Part shown: in pieces, positions 29,946-38,086 of the stretch
Layout of the letters: each line of letters starts with the position of its first letter
Numbering within the stretch: position 1 is the stretch's first letter
Assembly (NCBI GenBank): GCA_037441385.1
Contig: JBBISH010000004.1
Location: 1-64,000 of the forward strand
DNA from: Myxococcales bacterium
GTDB lineage: Bacteria > Myxococcota_A > UBA9042
Length of the DNA stretch: 64,000 bases
Reading direction: 5' to 3'
Made by a program: the position numbers and the translations under genes
Notes under the pieces: model-generated
What the model was told of the DNA's origin: nothing
Database searches by the model: none
The model's input: the letters and a program-made list of their open reading frames with translations, nothing else

Positions 29946-31463
29946 TCAACCAGCATCCAGGGCGATGGTCATCGCGTGCAGCAGGTTGCCGTCGGGGTCG
30001 TAACTCTGGCAAATGACTTGGTGCTTGGGCTGGCTGAGGATTCGAACCACGCCGATGGTGTTCGGATCGGTGCCCAGTTGATACCACTCAGGCCACAAGT
30101 CCTTGGCAGGCATCGCGAATTTCTCGATCAAGTCCATGATCGGCGCCTGCGAGATGTCCAGGTTGGCCGCCATGTGGATCGGCGGGCAATCGGCGTCGCG
30201 GGCCTTCATGGCGCCCATGTGCGCGTCACCTGTAAGGAAAACGATGTTCTTGACTTGGCCAGTGCGGTGCAGCGCCAGGATCTGGTCGCGCTCGGTGGGA
30301 TAGCCGCACCAGCTGTCGCCCAGGGCCTCGATGACCGCGCCCACCGGCGTCTCGTGGATGGCCTTGTTCATCACGGCGTCGTAGCGCGGGTTGATCTCGA
30401 CCGGCATGAACACGAATTTCCACAGCGCCTTCGAGTTCTTCAGGCCCGTGATCAGCCAGTTCAGCTGCTCTGAGCCCAACATGGTATGGCCCGGCGGCTC
30501 GGCAAAGGTGTAGACCAGCTTGCCCTCGGCGCTCATCTGCGACGACAGCGCCTTTTTCAGGTCACTGCGCTGCGATCGCATGTCGACCAAGAAGAAATCG
30601 CAATGGCCCACGCTGAACTGCTGCCAGACTCCGGCCTTGGACTTGGGCAGGACGTGACACGGCAGATAGCGCTCAAAGGCCGCCATGCGGTCGCTCTGCT
30701 TGCCGGTGACGCCGCTCCAGGCGTTGTTTTCGGCAAAGTCATGGTCGTCCCAGACGTGGGCCACCGGCATGGTGGCCAGCAGGTCGCGCAGCGGGTAGCC
30801 GTCCATCAAACGGCGCCGCCACGACTTGGCGATCTCTTCTGGGTAGACCGTGTAGTTGTTGCCGGCAGCGTCGGTGCCCTTGGTCGCAAACGCGTAGTCC
30901 GGATAGGTCCAGTCGCCGATCTGCGCGAAAAACCACGGCTTGGGCGACAACTTGCGGACCACATCAAACACCTTGCCCATGCTCTTGGTGCCGACGCCCT
31001 TGTCGTCGTAGCGGCAGCACGAGCCAAAACTAAACAGGAAATCCGTGACTTGGCCCGGCTTGGCATAGGTGCGGGTCTGGATGGTGCGCGCGGCGACCGC
31101 GGCGTCGTCGATGACCGGTACGGCGCTATACTCGGTCGCGGGACTCAGCCCCGGCACATCCAAGACCACTGAGAAATCATCGGTTTGACTGGCTACGGCG
31201 CAAGTCGAGCGCAGCGTCTTGCCGCCAGCGGCCGTCACGTCGAAGGCGACCTTGGCTGGGCCGCTCAGGCGTACCGCCAAGCGCACGCTGGTGGCGCTGC
31301 AGCCGCCCGAGATCGGCCCGTGGGTGATGGTGGCGCCGCCGCCAACGGGACTGCAGACCTTGGGCGCCGGTGCGGCGGGCGTGGCCGTTTCGCTTTCGCA
31401 CGCGGCGACGGCACTGGAAGCGGCGAGCAATTGGAGCAGTTGCCGTCGTGAGAGCTGGGTCAT
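29946..31463 (-). CDS. phoD: PhoD-family alkaline phosphatase/phosphodiesterase, Tat lipoprotein
   Basis: SRRQLL twin-arginine signal plus VAAC lipobox; FGSC; GDWTYPD; WDDHDF; MLGSEQ..WL; DSW.GYP.ER; TGDAH. Confidence 0.9.
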   Translation of the reverse strand: MTQLSRRQLLQLLAASSAVAACESETATPAAPAPKVCSPVGGGATITHGPISGGCSATSVRLAVRLSGPAKVAFDVTAAGGKTLRSTCAVASQTDDFSVVLDVPGLSPATEYSAVPVIDDAAVAARTIQTRTYAKPGQVTDFLFSFGSCCRYDDKGVGTKSMGKVFDVVRKLSPKPWFFAQIGDWTYPDYAFATKGTDAAGNNYTVYPEEIAKSWRRRLMDGYPLRDLLATMPVAHVWDDHDFAENNAWSGVTGKQSDRMAAFERYLPCHVLPKSKAGVWQQFSVGHCDFFLVDMRSQRSDLKKALSSQMSAEGKLVYTFAEPPGHTMLGSEQLNWLITGLKNSKALWKFVFMPVEINPRYDAVMNKAIHETPVGAVIEALGDSWCGYPTERDQILALHRTGQVKNIVFLTGDAHMGAMKARDADCPPIHMAANLDISQAPIMDLIEKFAMPAKDLWPEWYQLGTDPNTIGVVRILSQPKHQVICQSYDPDGNLLHAMTIALDAG

Positions 31464-31603
31464 GCGGACCTTGCCGGGGCTGCGGCCTGTTTTGGTCGCG
31501 AACCCGGAATTTGCGCCCGCGCGGCCGACCTTGCAACTGGTTCCGATCCGTGGCAAAGGCTGCGACGCGCGGGTGGCAGTGCCTGCCCGGTTGGCCAAAG
31601 CCC

Positions 31604-31670
31604 GTGACAAGGTCTGTGACAAGGTCTGTGACAAGGTCTGTGACAAGATCTGTGAGAAGACTCGTGACAA
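31604..31670 (+). repeat. 12-bp tandem repeat (GTGACAAGGTCT) about 5.5 units
   Basis: Three exact units then degenerate units, in the divergent region between phoD and the Cys-rich lipoprotein gene. Confidence 0.92.
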
Positions 31671-33013
31671 TTCGCCACACACTGTGGAAATTTGCCACGT
31701 TCGGGCGACGGTTCCTGCCGTGGCTTTTTGCCACAGGGCTGTTGCACGGCTGCTTTGGCCGCGGCGAGATCGGCGACGCCTGCGCCAAGCGGTCGGATTG
31801 CCGGGGCGAGCTGGACTGCTACGCCGGCCTGTGCAGCGAACCGGATATGTGCCGGCGCACGCCCAGTTGCGCCAAGCGCGGCGTCTGCACCGCCCACGGG
31901 CACAACTGCATCGTGGCCCAGCGCCGCGATTGCGAGTACGCCGAGGTCTGCGCGCAAGCGGGCCTCTGCTCGGCCGTAGACGGTAGCTGCGCCGCCACCT
32001 CGGACAGCGACTGCGAAGGCTCGGCAGCGTGCCGCGGCGAGGGCCTGTGCCGCGCGGATCACGGCCGATGCGAGGTGGGCGGCACTTCGCGCAGCCGCTG
32101 CGGCGACGCATGCGACACGTGGGGGCGCTGCGCCGTGGACGCCAAGGGCCTGTGCGTGGTGGGCGCAGACACCTGCCGCTCGTCGTTCCGCTGCAGCGAG
32201 TTCGGCGAGTGCGGCCGAGCCCTTCTGCCCGGCGCCGCCAGCCCAACCTGCGCCGCAGAAGACGACGCCGGCTGCCAAGCCAGCAGCTTGTGCGCGCGCA
32301 CCGGGGCGTGCAAGGCCGTGGACCACCGCTGCCTGGCGGCGAGCGACGCCTGGTGCGCCCGCTCCAAGGGCTGCCGCGACCAGGGCGCCTGCACGGCGGT
32401 CGACGGCACCTGCGTGCCCGCAGGCGAGGACTGCCGCAAACGCAAGGAGTGCCGTGACTTTGGGGCCTGTTCGGCGCTGAATGGGCGCTGCCAGGCGGTG
32501 TCGTCGGGCGACTGCGAAGCGAGTCGCGTCTGCCGCGAGCAGGCCCGCTGCACCGCCCGCGATGGCGTGTGCCAAGTGTTCCGCGACACCGACTGCCGCA
32601 GTCACGCCGCCTGCCGCCGCGACGGCTGGTGCAGTGCCCGCGAAGGCAAGTGCACGGCTGCGAATCGCGACGACTGCCTGGGCAGCCAGGTGTGTCGCGA
32701 ACAGGGGCGTTGCACCGCCAAAGACGGCCGCTGCGTGGTAGAGACGCGCCAAGACTGCCTGCAGAGCCTGGCATGCGCGATCGAGGGCCGCTGCCGGCCG
32801 GTGAGCGCCCTGGCCGAAGAGCTGGCGGGCTGGCGGCCGGTCGGCTTGGCGGGCGACGCGAGCGAGACCACCTGCGGGGTGCGCGCCAACAGCGACTGCC
32901 GACGTTCGCAAGCCTGCAGCGAGGGCCGGCGCTGCTACGCCCGCCGAGGCGAGTGCGTGACGCGGCAAGAGCTGCAAGACCATGGGCAAAGTCCCGGTGC
33001 CGCGCTACCATAG
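31664..33013 (+). CDS. Cys-rich tandem-repeat lipoprotein (about 25-aa repeats, DC-xx-S-xx-C-xxx-G-x-C-x-A-x-DG-x-C)
   Basis: Lipobox LHGC; more than 10 four-Cys repeats. Start is ambiguous among the in-frame GTGs of the tandem repeat. Confidence 0.75.
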   Translation: MTIRHTLWKFATFGRRFLPWLFATGLLHGCFGRGEIGDACAKRSDCRGELDCYAGLCSEPDMCRRTPSCAKRGVCTAHGHNCIVAQRRDCEYAEVCAQAGLCSAVDGSCAATSDSDCEGSAACRGEGLCRADHGRCEVGGTSRSRCGDACDTWGRCAVDAKGLCVVGADTCRSSFRCSEFGECGRALLPGAASPTCAAEDDAGCQASSLCARTGACKAVDHRCLAASDAWCARSKGCRDQGACTAVDGTCVPAGEDCRKRKECRDFGACSALNGRCQAVSSGDCEASRVCREQARCTARDGVCQVFRDTDCRSHAACRRDGWCSAREGKCTAANRDDCLGSQVCREQGRCTAKDGRCVVETRQDCLQSLACAIEGRCRPVSALAEELAGWRPVGLAGDASETTCGVRANSDCRRSQACSEGRRCYARRGECVTRQELQDHGQSPGAALP

Positions 33014-33047
33014 GGCCCAGACGGCGAGCCGCGAACCCGGAGGCAGT

Positions 33048-33440
33048 ATGGAGATCCAAGGAGCAGGCGGAACCCCTGGCGGAATCGGCCATTTCGTGGT
33101 GGGCAGCGGACTGGCGGCGGGTGGCCTGTACTTGCTGTTTTCGCGGGTGGTCGTCTCGGCCGGCATGTGGCACGGCTACTTTGGCGCCCACTACGGCGCG
33201 GGCGGCTCGATTGGCACGGTCACGGTGCCGTTCATCGCTGGCGTGGGCCTGTTGTTCTTTGACGCCCGGTCGCGGCTCGGCTGGCTGATGCTGGCGGGCA
33301 GTCTGGTGCTGCTGGCGGTCGAGGTGATCACCAGCCTGCAAATCCACTTCATGCCCACCACGCTGCCGACTCTGCTGGTGATGCTGGGACTGATCGGGGG
33401 CGGGCTGGGGATGATTGCTCGCTCGTTCCGGGCGTCCTAA
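33048..33440 (+). CDS. Conserved small 4-TM membrane protein (GAGGT.GG N-terminus)
   Basis: GGAGG Shine-Dalgarno; four hydrophobic segments. Confidence 0.75.
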   Translation: MEIQGAGGTPGGIGHFVVGSGLAAGGLYLLFSRVVVSAGMWHGYFGAHYGAGGSIGTVTVPFIAGVGLLFFDARSRLGWLMLAGSLVLLAVEVITSLQIHFMPTTLPTLLVMLGLIGGGLGMIARSFRAS

Positions 33441-33459
33441 CGTGTCCCTAGAGGACGCC

Positions 33460-34251
33460 ATGACAAAAACGCCGACCATTTTGCTGGTGGGTGGGCTCGA
33501 TCCCGGCGGACAGGCCGGGCTTGCCGCAGATCTGGAAGTGTGCGCCCTGCGCGGCGCCCTGGGCCGGCCGGTGATCGCCGCCCGCACGGCCCAGACGGAC
33601 GGCCGCTGGCTGGGTGCCTGGCCCACCATGCCCGACGAGTTCCAACTGACCCTGACGGCTGCGCTGGCCGACGACCGCCCGCGGGTGGCCAAGACCGGCA
33701 TGCTCGCCACGCTGGAAAATGCCCGGCATTTGGCGCACGTGGCCCGCGAACGCGGCCTGGCGCTGGTGGTGGACCCGCTGCTGCGCACCACCTCGGGTGG
33801 CTGGGTGTGGCGCGAGCCGGATGGCGGGGAACTGGCTCAAACGGCGGTCCGCGCGCTGTTTTTGCGCGAACTGCTGCCCAACTGTGCGGTGGTGACGCCC
33901 AACTGGCCCGAGTTGGCCTGGCTGGTTGGCGCGGCGGAAGCGACCAGCCTAGAGGGGGCACTGCAGCAGGCCCACCAGTTGCCGTGTCCGGTGCTGCTGA
34001 AGGGCGGCCACGCCCCCAAGCCCTGGCTGGGTCAAGACGTTTTGGTCATGAAAGGCCAAGTGCTGCCCCTGCCGTCCAAGTTGGGCTGGCCACCGCGACC
34101 CGATGGAACGCCCAGCCATCTGCGCGGGACGGGCTGCCGACTCGCGACCGCCTTGGCGATCGAACTGGCCAAGGGGACGCCACTGCTCCCGGCCGCCGCC
34201 CATGCCAGCGAGTGGTTGGACCAGTGGGCGCTGGCGCGACTTTTGCCGTAG
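33460..34251 (+). CDS. thiD: Hydroxymethylpyrimidine/phosphomethylpyrimidine kinase
   Basis: GLDPGGQAGLAAD; KTGML; VVDP; VTPNWPE; LKGGH; RGTGC. Confidence 0.82.
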   Translation: MTKTPTILLVGGLDPGGQAGLAADLEVCALRGALGRPVIAARTAQTDGRWLGAWPTMPDEFQLTLTAALADDRPRVAKTGMLATLENARHLAHVARERGLALVVDPLLRTTSGGWVWREPDGGELAQTAVRALFLRELLPNCAVVTPNWPELAWLVGAAEATSLEGALQQAHQLPCPVLLKGGHAPKPWLGQDVLVMKGQVLPLPSKLGWPPRPDGTPSHLRGTGCRLATALAIELAKGTPLLPAAAHASEWLDQWALARLLP

Positions 34252-34355
34252 CAACTGCGACCCAAACCCACGAGTGGCCAAAAAGCGCCGCGCCCGCCGC
34301 AACCGACCAAAGTCGCGCTGCGACGGGCGCTGGCCCATTCATCCGCGAGCAGAGC

Positions 34356-34706
34356 CTACGGCTTGTAGTTCCACTTGGCGAAGTTGGCAGCGATCTGCTC
34401 GGCCGTGGGCGAGTGATCCTTGACCACCTTGGCGACATGGAAGTCGTCGATCGAGTCGGTGATCGCGCGGTTCTTCTCGACGTCGGCGGCGAACACGGCC
34501 GGCACTTGATCCTCTTCGAACACGGCCTTCCACGGGCAGGCGGGCTCGCAGTTGGTGCAATCGATGCATTCGTCGGGGTTGATGTACAGCTGGTTGGCGT
34601 AGCCACTGGCGCCGTCGTTGACTTCGTAGATGCACTCGACGGGGCAGACGTCGGCGCAGGCGGTGTCCTTGCAGTCGATGCACAAACTGGTAATCACATA
34701 GGGCAT
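34356..34706 (-). CDS. Dicluster ferredoxin (FdxA/7Fe type)
   Basis: CIDCKDTACADVCPVECI and LYINPDECIDCTNCEPACP. Confidence 0.93.
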   Translation of the reverse strand: MPYVITSLCIDCKDTACADVCPVECIYEVNDGASGYANQLYINPDECIDCTNCEPACPWKAVFEEDQVPAVFAADVEKNRAITDSIDDFHVAKVVKDHSPTAEQIAANFAKWNYKP

Positions 34707-34835
34707 TTGGATCCTCCGGGCTTGACTTTGGGCGCCTGCGTCGAGGCGCTACAGCAGCGCCATCATGGCGCGAAGGGACGCGATTGTCGAGATCGGTGGC
34801 CGTGATATCGCAACGACGTGACGCGATCCGCTGCG

Positions 34836-37259
34836 CTACTTCAAGAAGTCCTCGATAGCGCGGACGGTCTCGTCGGGTTGCTCGGCCAAGGGCATGGCGC
34901 CGCTGGCTTCTAGCTTGACCAGCTTCATCTGCTTGCGCACGTTGCCCGTCAGCGCCTGAATGGCTGCCGCGCTGGATTCAGCCCAGGGCGCCTTCTGCCC
35001 GGCCAGAACCAGCATCGGTATTTGCGCGCCGCCCAAATTCCAGGTGGCGGCGTCGGCAATGGCGCGGTCGTGCGCCTCGACCGAGAACCCGTCGTAGAAG
35101 TAGCTGGGCTGCGGCAAGTTGCGCGCGATTTCGGGGTTGGCGAGCAGTGTGCCGTACATGGCGCGGCTCAGCTGCCGCAGCGCCAAGTCGGGAACCAGCA
35201 GGCCTTTTTGCTCCAGCGCCCAGGCCATGTCCTCTTTCCACGGGGCCTGCATAGCCGCGGAGACCTGGCCCGGCAGCGCCCGCACCGCCGCTTGGGTGGG
35301 CCAGAAGCCGCCATGCAGCAGCACCGCCGCGATCGCCTTGGGGTGCTCGTTGGCGTAGCGCAGGGCAAAGTGGCTGGCTGTGGGGTCCGCCAGCAGCGCG
35401 ATCTGCGCCTTGCCCAGCTCTTGCTGCAGCTTGGTCAGTTCTTGCGCCAACACTTGCTCGGACAGCGTCGCCGCCGTGTGGGCGCTGATGCCGCGCAACG
35501 GCACGACAACATGGTAGCTTTTGGCCAGGCGCCACACCTGCGGCACCAAGTGCGAGGCGTCGCGCAGCGGCCCGGCCGCCAACACCACGATCGTCTTGTC
35601 GTCTGGGCTGCCGGCTTCCAGCCAGCCCATCTCGCGGCCGTCTACCGAAAAGCGGTGGCCGCTGGGCTGAACCTTCTCAAAGTCTTCGGGCTTGCGGTCG
35701 GCGTCCGCCGCCAGCCAAGCCAGCCACTCGGTTTCGCGCCGCGGCCCGCTGTGGAACGTCAACCGGCGCAAGCTCGCCAGGGCGGCGCGGAACACGGCGT
35801 CGTTGGGGTCGGCCAACTGCCGCGCCAGCACCGGCACGGCGGACACGTCGTCGACGCGGCCGATGAGCCGAATGACCTCCAGCCGCTCGTCCAACTCGTT
35901 GACCGTGATCAACTTGCGCAGATAATCCAACGCTTTGGGGTCGCCCAGGCCCACCATGGCGTGCAGCGCCTGCAGCCGCAGCCCCACGTCGGGGTCGCGC
36001 GCCGCCACGTTGCGCAGAGCCGGCCACGTCTCTGGATCGGCCAGGCGCCACAGGTGCTTCAGGGCCAACTTGCGCACAGAAGTGTCCTTGTCCGCGACCA
36101 TTTCAAGGAGTAGCTTGCGCACATCCTCGTCGTAGAGCGTCAACGCCAGCAACAAACCCTGCTCCAGCTCTGGGAATTTGCGCTCGCGCACCATCCGCAG
36201 CACTTCGGCGCGCACTTCGGGCACGGCCAAGTGGGCCAGCATGTCGACCACCAGACCGCGGGTCGTCTCGTCCTTGGAATTCACCAGCAGCGGCACCAGC
36301 TCCGGCGCGGCGGCCAAGCGCAAGTGCGACAGCACGATCAACGCCGTCTCGATGCGGCTGCGCTCCGCCGTCTGCAGCAGATAGATGGCGGCCTTGATCG
36401 CCGGCGCGCCCACAGTCTGCAGCCCTTCCAAGGCCGCTTCGCGCTGATCGGGTAGTTCCAGCGCCTCGAACAGGGGGGCCACTGGAGCGTCGTGGTCAGC
36501 GCCGATCTGGGCGATCGCATGGATGATTTTGGCGCGAAGACCCAGATTCTCGGGCGAGGCCTGCAGCCGCTCTTGGCCCAGCCGGCGCACCAGGGGCGCC
36601 ATCGCCGGCTCCCAGCGCTTGGCCACCAAGGTGTCGATCGCGTAGCTGCGCACACCTGGGCGCTGATCGTCGATGAGCGCGACCAGCCGCGGCATCGCGG
36701 CCGGGCGGTCGCGGGTCACCAGCTCGGGCAAGATGAGCAGCAGGATCTGCTCGTCGTTTCTTGGCAAAAGCGCTTCCAGCAGCGCGGTCTGGCGATCGTC
36801 TTTGGGGAAGCGCAGCACCTGCCGACACAGACGCAGTGCCGGGCCGTCGGCCAGTTTGGGACCCCACACCAAGATTTCGTCCAAGGCGAGCGGGCCAAAA
36901 CCAAGGAGCAAGTCGACGACCACATCGGCGCCGCCGTCGATGTTCGCCAGATTGGGCAGGGCCGCCTTGACCTCGGGCCACGCCGACTCACCGAATTCCA
37001 GCAGTTCGTCTACGGCGGCGTCGCGGTCCTTGCCGGGCGCCGAAGTGCTGATCTGCTTGAGCGCCGAGGCCGGCGTAGCGCCCTTTTGCCTCTTGGCGTA
37101 AGCGGTGGCCGCCAGGCTGAGGGGCCCCGGCAGCAAGCCGTCCACGGCCAGGACCGTGCCGGCCAGCGACGCAAACGTGGCCCATTTCAAAAGGGTGTGG
37201 TTCAAGTGCATCCCCGTCCGACCGTCCGGCCGCATCGGCGCGGCCACCCTGCCCGCCAT
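34836..37259 (-). CDS. Exported HEAT-repeat protein with a C-terminal degenerate alpha/beta-hydrolase fold
   Basis: N-terminal hydrophobic signal; many HEAT/PBS-like repeats (D..VR..A...L); C-terminal hydrolase topology (IPMLVLAG...P..EQP). Start uncertain. Confidence 0.75.
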   Translation of the reverse strand: MAGRVAAPMRPDGRTGMHLNHTLLKWATFASLAGTVLAVDGLLPGPLSLAATAYAKRQKGATPASALKQISTSAPGKDRDAAVDELLEFGESAWPEVKAALPNLANIDGGADVVVDLLLGFGPLALDEILVWGPKLADGPALRLCRQVLRFPKDDRQTALLEALLPRNDEQILLLILPELVTRDRPAAMPRLVALIDDQRPGVRSYAIDTLVAKRWEPAMAPLVRRLGQERLQASPENLGLRAKIIHAIAQIGADHDAPVAPLFEALELPDQREAALEGLQTVGAPAIKAAIYLLQTAERSRIETALIVLSHLRLAAAPELVPLLVNSKDETTRGLVVDMLAHLAVPEVRAEVLRMVRERKFPELEQGLLLALTLYDEDVRKLLLEMVADKDTSVRKLALKHLWRLADPETWPALRNVAARDPDVGLRLQALHAMVGLGDPKALDYLRKLITVNELDERLEVIRLIGRVDDVSAVPVLARQLADPNDAVFRAALASLRRLTFHSGPRRETEWLAWLAADADRKPEDFEKVQPSGHRFSVDGREMGWLEAGSPDDKTIVVLAAGPLRDASHLVPQVWRLAKSYHVVVPLRGISAHTAATLSEQVLAQELTKLQQELGKAQIALLADPTASHFALRYANEHPKAIAAVLLHGGFWPTQAAVRALPGQVSAAMQAPWKEDMAWALEQKGLLVPDLALRQLSRAMYGTLLANPEIARNLPQPSYFYDGFSVEAHDRAIADAATWNLGGAQIPMLVLAGQKAPWAESSAAAIQALTGNVRKQMKLVKLEASGAMPLAEQPDETVRAIEDFLK

Positions 37260-37306
37260 CCTAGCCTACCGACGCGCCGGGCACCATCCCAGGCGTTCAC
37301 CGGCGA

Positions 37307-37945
37307 TCACACCGCAGATTCGCGAGCAATTCTCCGGTCGTCGCGGGCCAGCCGGTAGCGCAGCACGTCTTCGCGCGACAGCACCCACAGCTTGCCATGC
37401 TGCTCGCCGCGAATTCGACCAGTTTTTACAGCATTGATCACGGCTTGGCGGGTAATGCTCAGCATCTCCATCGCTTCGCCCACCGTGACGATCGCCTCCG
37501 TGGTCAAGCCAGCACCCTGGCTCGGCCGTGACACCACCGAGGCACCGCCGCGCAGACCAGCAGGCAACGCCGTAAATTCGCTGGCACTTGCTTCGATCAC
37601 GCCCTCTGCCACTCCTGCCCGGTAGACCAGATCGCGGGCCGCCCGCAGGGCCGGCAGGTCGTCGCTGCTGGGCGCCAGCGGACTGCGCCCTTCGTACAGC
37701 GGTCCGTCGGGCCGCAACACCCGCGCCAGCAGCTCGGCGTAGCCCTGCCCTTGCGCCAGGCGCAAAGCCAAGTCGTTCAGGTAGTTGCGCGCCAGGTCCG
37801 ACGCTGGACGGAGGTCCACCGCTATCCCCGACATCAGTCGATAGGTATCAAGCAGATCGAGGTTGTTGTCCTTCACCCAATGCCTCTCTGGACCCGCAAG
37901 CCCTTGGACGCGCAACGCGTCTCTAGCTTGGGATCTAAACCCCAC
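37307..37945 (-). CDS. DNA-binding protein with a C-terminal excisionase-type (HTH_17) domain
   Basis: IVTVGEAMEMLSITRQAVINAVKTGRI.G...GKLWVLSREDV. Confidence 0.7.
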   Translation of the reverse strand: MGFRSQARDALRVQGLAGPERHWVKDNNLDLLDTYRLMSGIAVDLRPASDLARNYLNDLALRLAQGQGYAELLARVLRPDGPLYEGRSPLAPSSDDLPALRAARDLVYRAGVAEGVIEASASEFTALPAGLRGGASVVSRPSQGAGLTTEAIVTVGEAMEMLSITRQAVINAVKTGRIRGEQHGKLWVLSREDVLRYRLARDDRRIARESAV

Positions 37946-37961
37946 TTGACGCTTGTCAAGT
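37944..37961. promoter_or_regulatory. Inverted repeat ACTTGAC-N4-GTCAAGT overlapping the HTH gene start; candidate operator
   Basis: Perfect 7-bp dyad in a low-GC divergent promoter region. Confidence 0.55.
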
Positions 37962-38086
37962 CAATTCGTGGGTTACGAGTAATCATTTGTCATTCCCCAC
38001 CGTTGCCGGCCGCTCCCCTTGGCAGGCGACCGCTGCCGGCGCTACCCTGCCTGCCCCATCCGCATGCCGCGGCCCAGGTTCCGCTG

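Noticed and set aside
31604..31670. Possible CRISPR array or iteron-type origin
   Set aside because: The units are 12 bp and contiguous, with no spacers and no rep or cas gene.
29946..33791. 1281-aa ORF taken as a single protein
   Set aside because: Only the part from 31463 has a Tat/lipoprotein signal and PhoD motifs; the rest is an antisense shadow of plus-strand genes.
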